DNA of 64,000 bases from Octopus vulgaris (taxonomy: Eukaryota). The position numbers were made by a program, and so were the translations under genes. The stretch lies in NCBI GenBank assembly GCA_951406725.2, contig OX597817.1:147498001-147562000 (forward strand), given 5' to 3'. Shown in pieces: positions 15,040 through 28,830 of this stretch. The notes under the pieces are model-generated. The model searched no databases. It was not told where the DNA came from and saw nothing but the letters and a program-made list of their open reading frames with translations. The number at the start of each line of letters is the position of its first letter. Position 1 is the first letter of the stretch.

Positions 15040-15282
15040 ACGATTTTTTCCTCCGTCTTCCCTTCCTTGGATCTTTCCTTTTCCTATGTTTGTGACGTAG
15101 AGCTCCGCTCGAAACGTTAAATCCTCCCTCTTTCCTTTTCCTATGTTTGTGACGTAGAGCTCCGCTCGAAACGTTAAATCCTCCCTCTTTTTTTCCTTTC
15201 CTGAGTGTCCAATAACACTATACTTGTTCCACGTCCTCGTGATGTCGTGTTTTCTCCTTGTGCTTTCATGTTTAGATTAACT
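15040..15282 (+). mobile_element. Penelope-like terminal fragment with two tandem degenerate minimal hammerhead motifs
   Basis: 57-bp tandem duplication, each unit containing gtgacgt-agagc tcc gctc-gaaacgtt; flanked by microsatellites. Confidence 0.5.
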
Positions 15283-15308
15283 ATATATATATCTAACTAT
15301 TTATGTAT

Positions 15309-15378
<70 letters not shown>

Positions 15379-15732
15379 GATTAGCACATCTAACCTGCTA
15401 CTTTAGATATCTTGATTAGAACGTCTGAAACTACTCTATATGTCCACAGATACCATCTTTTGTTGAAAATGCCTGGTAATTAGGCACGGAGTATTTCGGC
15501 TGATGAAATGACTGTTTGCATCAGCGGACCACCCTATTGTATCACGTGGTTTAACCGTCCGTAGATCATCATCGATAATCAGCCTCAAATCAAATGCCAG
15601 AACGAAGATCAACCGAACCAATATAATATATTAATAACCAAACAATCATGAAACTCAAAGCGTTTCCTTTTAGCGTTTATACATTTGGGAATCCATTAAT
15701 ATACACAGAAATCACGCAAAAGTTTTAAGACA

Positions 15733-15870
15733 AGGCAGTAAGAAGTTTGCTTCTCAACCGCATGTTTCCGGGTTCAGTCCCACTGCAGGGCAACTTGAGT
15801 GAGTGTCTTCTATTATAGCTTCGGATCGACCAAATACTTGTTGGTAGATTTGGTAGATGAAAGTCGTATA
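15733..15870 (+). mobile_element. SINE family A 5' fragment
   Basis: gttt.cgggttcagtcccactgc...gtgtcttcta...gatttggtaga. Confidence 0.75.
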
Positions 15871-16006
15871 TATGTTTGGATGTCGCTTCTATTTTTTAAT
15901 TGTCATAAATCTTCCACTGAGGAGGGAACCGGTTTCCAACAAAGATAAAAAGCTCTATCTTTGGGATATAGTTAACACAGACAAATTCACATTTGAAACT
16001 CGAGTA

Positions 16007-16388
16007 CAAACAAGGACATACAAACGGATTAAGTCGATTATATCGACCCCAGTGCGTAACTGGTACTTATTTAATCGACCCCGAAAGGACGAAAGGCAAA
16101 GTCGAACTCAGCGGAATTTGAACTCCCAACGTATCGGTAGACGAAATACCTATTTCTATTTCTTTACTACCTACAAGGGGCTAAACACAGAGAGGACAAA
16201 CAAGGACAGACAAAAGGATTAAGTCGATTATATCGACCCCAGTGCGTAACTGGTCCTTAATTTATTCACCCCGAAAGGCTGAAAGGCAAAGTCGACCTCG
16301 GCGGAATTTGAACTCAGAACGTAACGGCAGACGAGATACCACTAAGCATTACAATCGGCGTGCTAACGTTTCTGCCAGCTCACCGCCT
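16007..16388 (-). mobile_element. SINE family B dimer
   Basis: Two core units with one head. Confidence 0.9.
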
Positions 16389-17138
16389 CGTGCAAGATCA
16401 TATTAATGTAATAATGTGTATAAGTGATGTGAAACAGTCGGTAATTATTAGCTGATACTAAACCACACAAATAATTATTGTGATTTGTAATAATATGACC
16501 GTTTTTGTATAACGATTTTTAATTAGATCCTTGTTGCTTGGAATTCAATTCAGTAGCTGTCGACTGATGATCAGAAGAACGTCTACACGTACCAGCGGTA
16601 TCATCACGCATTCAGAGAACAACCAAGTACTTTTTGACACACTGTAACATGCATGTTCCTTCTGCTTCTGTTTATGTGTACATACCAGTGCTTTCCAGTC
16701 GGTGTGTCACGACACGGCCAGAGTTGGCATAGTCAGTGGTCAGGTCTGCTGTGTGGTTTTATGTTTACATAACACTATCGATGGGAAATGTCAATAAGAA
16801 TCTCATACAGCTTAAGGATATGGCAATGAGTTAATAGGTCCGAGAAACTTTTGTAAACACCTGTTAAGCGTACGTGCATTTTTCTATACACATACACACA
16901 CACACACACGCATCCATATCCACACATTGTATATATGCAAGACATCATAAAGAAGAACAGAGACCTATACATCTTCAAAACTTGTTTATTACACTATCTG
17001 CATGAAACTCAATGGGAATTTAACAGCAATAAGAGTGTAATAAACAAATCGTGAAGATGTATAAATTCTCCATTCTAATTTACGATGTTTTTATTATAGA
17101 CAAGGTATCCTGTATAGAATTCTTTAAGTAATATATAT

Positions 17139-17415
17139 ATATAATCAAAATAAGCAACGAGGATATCCAGAGGTAATACAGTACGATCGTTTCATGCGAC
17201 TCCATTTAATTGAACAATGCAAGTATTACATCAGTTTTAAAATGTAGAGCAAGATTCAGCTGCATAAAAATATAGAATTTAGTAGTTTTATGTAAATCCT
17301 TGTTGCTTATTTTGATTATAATCAACCAATTTTGAAATATATGGATAATACCACACCAAATTCTGGTGTCTTTAACTTAAGTACCATATTCAACTGAATC
17401 TAAATTTTTACTGAA

Positions 17416-17418
<3 letters not shown>
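17139..17418 (-). mobile_element. (TA)n-embedded element with inverted ends and a degenerate hammerhead
   Basis: IR 17139-17164 / 17296-17320; minus strand UGCAG-CUGAAUC...GAAA-CGAUCG-UA-CUGUA; homologous to 28531-28750. Confidence 0.6.
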
Positions 17419-17451
<33 letters not shown>

Positions 17452-18159
17452 TCATAATTGAAATAGTGGGTGCATTATTCAAAAGAGAAGACTAAAATAA
17501 TTATTTTCTGTATGGAATTAAATGATAATTTAGCTATAGAGGAATCTACTTGCAGATTACAGGGTAAGATGAACCAGACTGTTTTTATTTTCCGATGATG
17601 TTTGTTGCTTCCAAAATATTGTATATCCCAAATGGAATTGATTGTCTTTTGGTTTGAACTTCTTCTCCGAAAACGTAGTTTTATGTGTGAATAATATCAC
17701 TGAATATGTTTTGTTTGGAAGACAACGTTAAAAGCTTCCTTGAGGTGTTTTCACCATGATCTTTATAATATTCCCACTGTGATCTTGACAATATTCCTAC
17801 GATGCTCAAAAGAAACATTGATGTGTCTATCTCATATAAACTGTACACAATTTTTCTTAGTCCACAATCAAAATTCTGACCAAACAATTACGTAAACATT
17901 GTTCGAAAACGATTATTCGAAAAAAAATTATTCGAAAAACATTTGCCCGAATGGAAAATTGTACGAATGAAAATTATTTAAAAAGACAATTATACGTAGT
18001 GTTAATAATTCTAAATTTTTAAAATTTATTTAAACAAAAATGATAAAATGTAAAATCAAGTAAACATTGATATTTATTTCGAATAACTGTTTTAGAACAA
18101 TTATCATGATACGGAACAAACCATTAACTTCTGACATACAGATGTATGTTCGAAAGTCG

Positions 18160-18379
18160 GCTAGCTGGCAGAAACATTAGCACGCCGGGCGAAATGCGTA
18201 GCCGTATTGCATCTGTCGTTACGTTCTGCGCTCAAATTCCGCCGAGGTCGACTTTGCCTTTCATTCTTTCGGGGTCGATAAACTAAGTACCAGTTATGCA
18301 CTGGGGTCGATGTAATCAACTTAATCCGTTTGTCTGTCCCCCCTCTGTGTTTAGCCTCTTGTGAGTAGTAAAGAAATAG
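18160..18379 (+). mobile_element. SINE family B monomer
   Basis: agctggcagaaacattagcacgccgggcgaaatgc...gtgtttagcc. Confidence 0.9.
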
Positions 18380-18639
18380 ATATACAGATGTATGTTCTAT
18401 TTTCCCCCTGTTCAGTACGTTGCACGCAATCTCTAGCGACCAACGCAGTTCTTCAATCTTTTCTTTCTGCTTTTCTTCTCTCTCGCTTTTGCCGCTCCTT
18501 CCCTTCCAACATACACCTTCATTCTTCAACTGCATTATCATCCTTCTTATTTTCCCACCACGTTTACCCATTCTAATAATTTTGATGCAGGTTCTTGCAT
18601 CCAAAGCTTCAAGTCTCTTTCCTTTTTTTCCAAGCTACT

Positions 18640-18772
18640 AAACACCTAGGAAGTACTCAGAGGCGGGGACCGCTTCGGAAACCTAGACGCTGTATGCCAA
18701 ATATATTAGTGGCGGTGCTCCAGTATGGTCGCAGCCGCTGGCCGGGAACAAAGGTAAAAGGATATATACATA
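18640..18772 (+). mobile_element. LINE/SINE-A-type 3' tail fragment
   Basis: ggcggtgctccagtatggtcgcagc...aaaggtaaaagga. Confidence 0.45.
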
Positions 18773-18884
18773 CACAGAGAGAGATAAAAGTTTGATGGAG
18801 TTTTACTAATTGTTTAACCCTCCCGCTAATTATCGGAGCAACACATCTTATATACATGTGCATATATATATGTGTGTGTGTATA

Positions 18885-18945
<61 letters not shown>

Positions 18946-19574
18946 TTTGATAGAATGATATTCCTAACTACTTTAAAAAAAGCACTCTTGAAATTATTCG
19001 TCCATTCAAAGTTGGAGCTGTGCCTAAAATTGTAAGCCGAGAAAACCCAGACGTAATCTCATGGCGAACAACTTTCACGACCTGGTTTAGAAATTCCATC
19101 GTATTCCTTCGCTCTTACTCTACAACCGCTGTCAGTTTTCATACTTATATATGAAACAGTTATCGAGAATTAATGAGCACAAAGATAAATCGTGGTAATG
19201 TAAGCTCTGGCGGACAAAATTAGTGAATTGTTTACGTCTTTCGAGATGTATCGAATTCGCTATCTCACTATTCATCTCTAGCTTGACATTTCGACTAATA
19301 GTTGATAGTAGATATAGAATTTAATTAAATACGTTGGTGCCAAAAACTGAAGCGGCATAATATTTATTTATTTCTCTTGGAGAAAGATAGAATATAAAAC
19401 AGTTTAATCAGAACCAGAAATGTTCTTATCGTTGGGAACTAAAAACTACAAACATAATTATTTATATGCATACACACACACACACACACATGCACACGAT
19501 ATACATACATATTTATATATATATACATATATATATACACTATATATGTATATATATGTATACATATGTATATA

Positions 19575-19627
<53 letters not shown>

Positions 19628-20123
19628 TTAACAGGCCTGTATTTTCAAAAGGAAGAAATATATCAACGCAAGGGTCTGAGCGAATAGAAAACAACAGCTT
19701 ATTAGCAAGATGAAGGTGCCCGGACACGTTTTGGTCCGGGGCCCCATCTCCGGCCGATCAAGCTATGCTTTATGAAGTGATCATTAAGATGCAAGTTGCA
19801 TCACTACCGATGCACATTATATGACGATCAATCAACGCACAGAGGTGTTAGCATGCAGTTCGTTGACAGTAGCCTCTCTTTGTTTCGTTTATCGTTCGTG
19901 GTTAGTCATAAAATCTTGCTCTAATTCAAACCAATGTCTGTCCACCGAAAGGATACGTTGCATTCTAAGGCCTGGCGTATTTTCCTTGTCACTTTTAAAT
20001 GACACTAATAGATAAGCACTCGAGGACAAAACCACAAACAATGATGAACAATCGTTTTATCATAATTTACCCTGTCGCTTGATATCCGATGTTATAGTTT
20101 CGATTTTCTCTCACCTTCTAAAT

Positions 20124-20171
<48 letters not shown>

Positions 20172-20264
20172 TATATTTGAATATATATATATTTCTATAT
20201 GGATATATATTTATATACATATATATAATCATGCAAATATATATATGTGCCCATGTATATGTTT

Positions 20265-20330
<66 letters not shown>

Positions 20331-20333
<3 letters not shown>

Positions 20334-20593
20334 CAGTGTACATTTAAGCACATGAGGTATCCATCATAGGATTCCTGCAACGCTAGAAAGACCAGCCAAT
20401 GTCTAAACCACTGGTTTTGTCTTTGGCTGTTCCTTCTAGCGTGCCAGGAATCCTAGGATGGATACCTCTTGTGTGTTTAAATGTATACTGTATTTATATC
20501 AATAATGTATAATCTATTGGCTAATTTTTCTACACGCCAGGCCACTGGTAGTAAGGATTTCTAAAATCTTTATTACCCTGATATTATTAATGA

Positions 20594-20595
<2 letters not shown>
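20331..20595. repeat. Foldback-plus-tail insert in (TA)n
   Basis: Imperfect inverted arms 20331-20399 / 20423-20493, about 100 bp tail, (TA)n on both sides. Confidence 0.8.
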
Positions 20596-20630
<35 letters not shown>

Positions 20631-20841
20631 TTAATATACAGACATACCCGAAACAAATGTATGAAATGGAAATAGTTATGATGGATTCAATTTTTGTAGG
20701 CTCAAAAAAGCCTACGTATCAACTATACTAGAGAATACATATATATAAACATGCACTTGCATACAAACACACACACACGCACATCCGCGCACACACTCAC
20801 ACACACACACATGCACACTCGCACACACATACAAACACACA

Positions 20842-20935
<94 letters not shown>

Positions 20936-20938
<3 letters not shown>

Positions 20939-22203
20939 GGGTTGGAAAAATAATGGAAACACCTAGCATCATAGCATCATAATTTGTAAATATCTATAAA
21001 ACCGCCAATAGCTTGTTTATTTTAATTTTTTGTTATTCATTATTAGTGTTGCTTAATATATATTACTAAAATTGCTGTTTGTTTTCAGAGATCATCAGAA
21101 AATGGTAATTAAAATTCATGAAAATTACAGATCTATCGGACTTTCAAAGAGGTTAAATTGTTGGTGCTCATACGGCAGGCGCTAGCGTAACGAAAACAGC
21201 CGAAATGTTTGGTGTATCAAGAAGTATTGTCTCAAAATTAATGGCAGCTTTTGAGAAAGTGGGAAACACCTTCTCGTCGAAACAAAACTCCGGGGGAAAA
21301 AAATTTCAGATAGAGACCGTTGGGCTCTTACGCAAATTGTTAGAAAAGATCACAAAAGTACAGCTCCCAAAATTACTACAGACCTTAAGACCACAACGAG
21401 AACCCAGTTTCCAAACACTGCTCGCCGGGAGCTACACAAAGCCGCATTTCATAGGATGACTGCAATCAGAAAACTACTACTTTCAAAAACAAACATTGCA
21501 AAACATTTAGAGCAAAGTAAAAACCTACAGAATTCGTGCCTAGGGCAGTGGAAGAATGTTATGTTCTCGGACGGGTCATCTTTTACCTTATTCCCGACCA
21601 CTGGCCGATTATACCTGTGGAGACAGCCAAAAGAAGTATTTGACCCAGACTGCCTTCTTATAACTGTTAAACATGGAGGTGGATCTGTGATAATCTGGTG
21701 GGGAGTATATTTTGGAAGTGTGCCGGCCCAATGGTTTCCCTTCATGGCTGACTTAATAGTCAAAACTATTTAAGCATTTTTTCTGATCAAATTCATCCTA
21801 TGTTTGCGGTACTGCTTCCAGAAGGCAACGCAATCTTTTAGGATGATAATGCACCAATTCAAACAGCTAAATTGTTACTGAATGTTACGAGGAACATTCT
21901 AGGGAAGTTGAACATCATATCTGGCCAGCATAGTTCTCAGATCTCAATATTATTGAACATTTATGGCGCATTTTGGAAAAAAGCAAGTAAAGAGTCGATA
22001 TTCTCCACCATCACCACTACAAGAACTGGAGACTGTTTTAGCTGAAGAATGGAGAAAAATTCCTTTGGAATCAATTCAAACTTTGTACGAGTCCATATCT
22101 TATAGAATTCGAGCTATAATTACCCCCAAAGACGGTCCTACTCCATATTAAAACAAATTTGTTTGAAATTTTGAGGTGTTTCCATTATTTTGTCCAACCC
22201 CTA
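20936..22203 (+). mobile_element. Full-length decayed Tc1-family DNA transposon
   Basis: TIRs caggggttggaaaaataatggaaacacct / aggtgtttccattattttgtccaacccct; inserted at a (TA)n edge. Confidence 0.92.
21118..22151 (+). pseudogene. Tc1 DDE transposase pseudogene
   Basis: MKITDLSDFQRG*IVGAH...MFGVSRS HTH region; WKNVMFSDGS, TVKHGGGSVIIW, DDNAPI, WPA*FSDLNIIEHLW, GPTPY*; stops and frameshifts. Confidence 0.92.
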
Positions 22204-22310
22204 CATATGTCTGTGTGAGTATGTCCAAGTGTATACATATACGCATACATAGTTATGCTTACTTACACATAAATAATGTAAATATAATATATAAAAAAAC
22301 ATACAATTTG

Positions 22311-22850
<540 letters not shown>

Positions 22851-23179
22851 TATATATATATATACTTTTCTCGCTGGATTAAGTGTTCGTTTCTCTTTTT
22901 GTCTTCTGCAATTTTATTTTTGGATCTTCTATATATATGAAGAATTTTCCTCCGTCTGAGTATTTTTCTCTCAACAAAACAGAAATTTGCATTGTTGAAC
23001 AGTCATTTTAACGAGATTTTTTAAATTTATTTATCACCCGACGACATACCTCTGCACCACCGGATATTCCTGAACCAGTTTATGTGTGTCCCATAATAGG
23101 AATCGATGCTAGATGTGTCGAAACAATTGTTGTGATTAATAATATTTCTCTTATATTCCATCTTCTGTCTTTCATTTGT

Positions 23180-23210
<31 letters not shown>

Positions 23211-24899
23211 AAATGGCAGTCTGCCCACGTTACACCACGTTATAAATATATCGATAATATCGATTCTATTTTCATCAGTGGATCCCCCTATGTCTCAACA
23301 ATAAAATAAGTTCAATATTATAAGACATTTAATCTTATCCAGATAAGCTACGCTTCACAGCTGTCTATATTTCTAAATTACGATCAATTCATCCAAGTTT
23401 TACGTCTTTCTCTTACGTCTACTAGAATTTCAATAAATTACTTTTTTCTAATTCTTTGGTTGTTTCGGAAAACACTCTACTTTAGTGTTGCAAAATTTTT
23501 TGAAGATTTATGGTGACATTTTTTCAATATAAACTTATATTTAGCAACATTAATAACGTAAGTAAAAAAGTGAACGAAGGAACCCTCTCTGTTTTCGCTT
23601 ATGCAGCTAAAAGTAGCAGCTATATTATCTCCAATTACCCGTCTTAATAAAAGGAACACATTGGATAATAACAATCTCATATGAAACTTAAATATGGAAA
23701 TATAATTAAAAAAGAGCCGTGGCTGGAACGAGTTCTACGCATTCAAAGGTTTTCTAGGAGTAATCAATAAGAATGTGCAAATATGAATTTCACGTACTCG
23801 GCTGACGATAGAGAAGTATAGGTGAACACAAATAAATGGAAATATCTACCGTTGTATATTTCCATTTAAAGACGAAGGGGTTTTAATGGAAATTTATGCT
23901 TAATATGTCTGTAAATATGAATGAGATTGGATCGTTGTTAACTCCATATTCTACCTTCCCTTAAAACGGATAACTCGGGCGTTATCTGAGTTACGACTGT
24001 GAATGTGAGTGTTGATTCCCACCGAGATGTTTTTTAGATTTATCACTGAAGAGGCATTTATTCTGAGAGAATGATGGAAGTGCTGCACACCTACGATAAA
24101 TGATGTATTCATCTTAAATATTAAGCTCATTAAAGAATGAAATGATAGAACAAAATGGGAAACTAATTTTTCTGGCTTCAGCCCATGAAATATTGAATCA
24201 GTCATTTTAGGTAGGCCTGCACCACTCACAAATTGTGTTATATGTTGTGGACGAATGGGAGAATAATGTCGGAGCGACAAAAATAATGATCTAATGCAGG
24301 CAAAAATTGCAGCAGTAAATATTTATTATTCACTTTTACATCTATCTCCGTCCCTAAACCATTTACACAACTGGTGCTGATTTGCGTAGGTTTGAGACTC
24401 AGCAAAACAGATCGATAGAAGAAGGAGCAGGCTTAAGAAAAATAAGTACAGGAGGCGATATATTTGACAAAATCCTTCATGACCCACCGTAACCGCAGGA
24501 CAATGATACTAAAAAATAAAAAGTTCGACCTGGTACACAACATTCCTTCTTTCCTAAGTATCTCTGTCATAATGGAACACATTCACATCTCCTCTCCTCA
24601 TCTCTGTCTGTCTTTATTCAGTCTGCTACTAACATAAGAATTAATGTTTCTTATTCACTTTCACACACTGAAGCATTAATTTTCGCGGTGCGAAATTGTA
24701 TGCATAACTTAAAATAATTTTCTTTAGACTAATGTTTGTAGACTTTTGAGGTATTACTTTGGCTAATATATGTATGTATGCACAGGAATATTTACATATA
24801 TACATATATACAAATATATTTATATGTAATAGGGTATTACAAAAGCACTACATTATACTAGTATACATATACAAATATATTTATATACCTTAAATATCA

Positions 24900-25304
24900 T
24901 TATTCTTTTCTAATATAGGCACAAAGCCCAGAATTTTGGGGGAGGGTACTTGTCGATTAGATCGACACCAGTACGCAACTGGTATTTAATTTATCGACCT
25001 CGAAAGGATGAAGGGCAAAGTCGACCTCGATGGAATTTAAACTCAGAACGTAAAGACAGAAGAAATACATATTTCTTTACTACCCACAAGGGGCTAAACA
25101 CAGAGAGGACAAACAAGGACAGACAAACGGATTAAGTCGATTATATCGACCCCGCATTGCGTAACTGGTACTTGTTTAATCGACCTCGAAAGGATGAAAG
25201 GAAAAGTCGACGTCGGTGGAATTTGAACTCAGAACATAGCGGCAGACGAAATAACGCTAAGCTTTTCACCCGGCGTGCTAACGTTTCTGCCAGCTCACCG
25301 CCTT
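24900..25304 (-). mobile_element. SINE family B dimer
   Basis: Two core units, one head, alternative tail. Confidence 0.9.
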
Positions 25305-25497
25305 CTTATATATAATTATTAACTTGCCTATACAGCTTTACGCATGCGGCCACTAATATTATTATTTTTAGAAATAATATCTTTAATATTTATACATATA
25401 TCATTGAGTGCGTGTGTGTGTATACATGTGTGTATATATATGTGTGTGTGTGTTTGCCTGCGCCCGTGCGTGTATATATATATACATATATATATAT

Positions 25498-25800
25498 AGT
25501 TGGATTTCACAAAACAACAAAAGACGAAGACAGGTGTGTAAACAACAAACAGGTATATTAGTTTAACACTCGGGAAGGTGAGAAAGTGTCTTACGTTTCG
25601 ATCCTACGCTCTTCAACAGAATGGAACACGAGAAAATAAACAGAGAGAGAATGAAAAAAATGCTTTAGTGGTTAGCGGTCAATCGTGGCGATGGCCGGAC
25701 AGAGCTGGTCAGACAGGAGAGCTAGGAAGAAGGGGAGATAATAAACTATTGGTAATCCCAAAACGAAAGTGCACGTGCGTGTGTTTGTGAGAGCTTGTGT
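25498..25800 (-). mobile_element. Penelope-like terminal fragment with minimal hammerhead-like motif
   Basis: Starts at (TA)n; minus strand ctgttga-agagc gtag gatc-gaaacgta at 25590-25620; second copy at 39725-39892. Confidence 0.55.
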
Positions 25801-25859
25801 ACAGGAGTGGATAGAGGCTGGTGAGCTTGACGTGTGTGCGAGCATGTGTAGGTGAGAGG

Positions 25860-26295
25860 ATGATGGTGTGGTGTGGTGTGGTGATCTGTGGTGTGTTGTG
25901 TGTTGTGTTGTGGTTTGATAGTGTGGTGTGGTGATGTGTGGTATGTTATATTGTGGTTTAGTAGTGTGTGGAATGATGGTGTGTGGTGTGGTGGTGTGTG
26001 GTGTGGTGGTGTGTAGTGCGGTGGTGTGTGGGTGGTTGGGTGTGGGTTGATGGTGTGTGGAGTGGTAGTGTGTGGTGGTATGTGGTGCGGTGTGGCACGA
26101 TGTGGTTCAGTGGTGTGGTAGTGTTGGGATATGGAATATGTGAGGGTCGGGATGCAAGGGTGGGGTGTCTTTTGGGGGTGGGTGGGGTAGAGTGGGGGTA
26201 GGGTGGGGTATGTGAGAGTAGGGTGCGGGTGGGGTATGTGGGAGTAGAATGTTGGGGTGGGGATGTATAGGGATGGTGGGGTTGGGATGTGTAGA
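25860..26295 (+). repeat. (GTGTG)n tract grading into G-run-rich sequence
   Basis: gtggtgtggt repeats followed by many GGG-GGGGG runs. Confidence 0.8.
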
Positions 26296-26345
26296 GGAGC
26301 GATGGAAGTTGTATATATATCTGTCTATCTATCTATCTATCTATA

Positions 26346-26432
<87 letters not shown>

Positions 26433-26704
26433 GTATACGTACATACACACATACACACATACGCACATATGTATGTATGTATGTATGTGCTAAGTCGAAA
26501 TTCGGATGGATTGACAGCTTTTTTCCTTATCAAAAATATATGTATGTCCTCCATTACAAAGTATTGGAAAATAGTAACTAGCATATTCTTATATACATAC
26601 GTTTATAAAAAGAAATTAAGATAAACATGGGTTTATATGTTAGCTCCTACGTACATTTCACCATTGTGGTCAGTTGGAATTCTGCATTTGGAGCTCAACT
26701 ATGC

Positions 26705-26842
26705 ATATATATATGTATGTATGTATGTATATATGTATGTATGTATGTATGCATGTATGTATGTATGTATGTATGTATGTATGTATGTATGTATGTATGT
26801 ATGTATGTATGTATGTATGTATGTATGTATGTATGTATGTAT
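26705..26842. repeat. (TATG)n microsatellite
   Basis: Near-perfect tatg array. Confidence 0.95.
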
Positions 26843-27446
26843 TTGAGTTGGTGTATGTGCGTTGATATATGTGTATATGTGTTCACATGTTAGTATATGG
26901 ATATATGCATGTATGTATATATATATATACATGCATACATGCATACACACACATGCACGCATATACACACACACACTCTCATACTCACACACACACACTC
27001 TCTCTCACACAAACACACACACACACACACACACCCACACACACACATATATATAGAAATATATATATATATATATGGACATTATATGGCTATATACGCA
27101 CTTGTATATTTGCGTATACTTTAGTATGCAGCGTATATATTCGTGCGTGTGTGTCTATATGTAGTATGTGTGCCAAATGATTTTCCTGAAACGAAGAGAA
27201 ATTAGAGTAATCATCGGAAAGATAATTGAAAATGTCTGGTGGAGAGGAAAAACGCTAATATGAATTCTTACATGATTATTTATTAGGCTGGAGTTAATAA
27301 TATTTCCTTATTACTCATACGTACATTTCATTCTCTCTGTCACTCTTACTCGCTATATACACGCATACATACATACATACATACATACATACATACATAC
27401 ATACGTACATAATACATACATAATACATACATACATACATACATAC

Positions 27447-27477
<31 letters not shown>

Positions 27478-27841
27478 CATGCATACATACATATCAATAT
27501 ATATATATATTCCGTAAATAAACATAACATACATAGATATATGAAAGTAATGTATATATATATATATGTATTTACATATATATATATGTATATATGTGTA
27601 TATATGTGTATATATGTATATAGTTACTTATGTACGTGTTTATATGTATATATCATATATATATATATATGTAAATACATATATATATATATATATATAT
27701 GTATATACATATGTATATATATATGTATATATTTACTTATGTACGTGTGAATATGTACGTGTTAATGTATATATATATATATATATATATCATGTATATA
27801 TCATGTATATACATATATATGTAAATATCATATATGTACAT

Positions 27842-27883
<42 letters not shown>

Positions 27884-28472
27884 GCATATGTGTGCATTTA
27901 TGTATCTGTGTTTCAATTTATTTGTATGTTCATATGGATATATGTGTGTGCGCGCCTACGTACGTGAGCGCATGTGTGAATGAGACACGTGTTTCGATGT
28001 TGAAGGTCGGCTCAAGGCGAAAATTATACACTGTTCATCTTCATTCTCTGTTATAAACCTTCCCCTCTGAATCCATCATGTCTGTATGAACGGCGTGAAA
28101 GCCAAAACTTTTATTCCTACCGCCTCCAACATTCTGGTGAAATCTATGTCCGACACAGTTGTTAGAGATACACTGACAGAGGTTGATATATAGAGATACT
28201 CTGTGAGAGTGGATTAGAAGGTGACAAAGAGGGTAAGAAAAAAACAGAGAGGGAGAGAGTGAGAAAGAAGGCGAGAATAAAGGGACATTGAGTGAACTCG
28301 AGATAAGGCACCATGATAATTTGAAATATGTATATATATATATATATCTAGGTGTATGTGTGTGTTTGTATATATATAAATGTATATATCTATATACCGC
28401 TCTGTTACGTTGACATAATCGTATCAACATCACTTGCCAAGCGATGGTAGGGGACAAACTCAGACACATAAA

Positions 28473-28537
<65 letters not shown>

Positions 28538-28561
28538 ATAAGCAACAAGATGTCAAGAATA

Positions 28562-28646
28562 CATGCAGTACGACCGTTTCAAGTGGATCTATTAAATTGA
28601 TCAATCATTACATCAATTTAAATGCAGGGCTATCATCAGCTGCACA
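28562..28646 (-). ncRNA. Type I hammerhead ribozyme motif, core intact, long stem II
   Basis: UGUGCAG-CUGAUGA-[stem II containing uuaaauugau/aucaauuuaa]-GAAA-CGGUCG-UA-CUGCAUG; base of stem II poorly paired. Confidence 0.6.
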
Positions 28647-28772
28647 AATAAACAGAATATTAATCAGTTGGACATATCAAATATAATTTTACTCAAACTC
28701 TTTAACAGAGCAATAAGATGGAAGAGATCGATGTTGTCGCTAATTTAGCTAAGAATAAACTACCTTTATGTA

Positions 28773-28830
<58 letters not shown>

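Noticed and set aside
17885-18120. Short attattcgaaaa-like tandem repeats with a weak inverted counterpart
   Set aside because: Possibly a decayed foldback MITE, but termini and TSD could not be defined
19715-19765. Minus-strand accaaaacgtgtc resembling a hammerhead 3' half
   Set aside because: No CUGANGA-like first core and GAAA is mutated
23088-23136. gtcgaaacaattgtt with palindromic stem III in a TA-flanked insert
   Set aside because: First core unrecognisable (ataatag); too decayed to call
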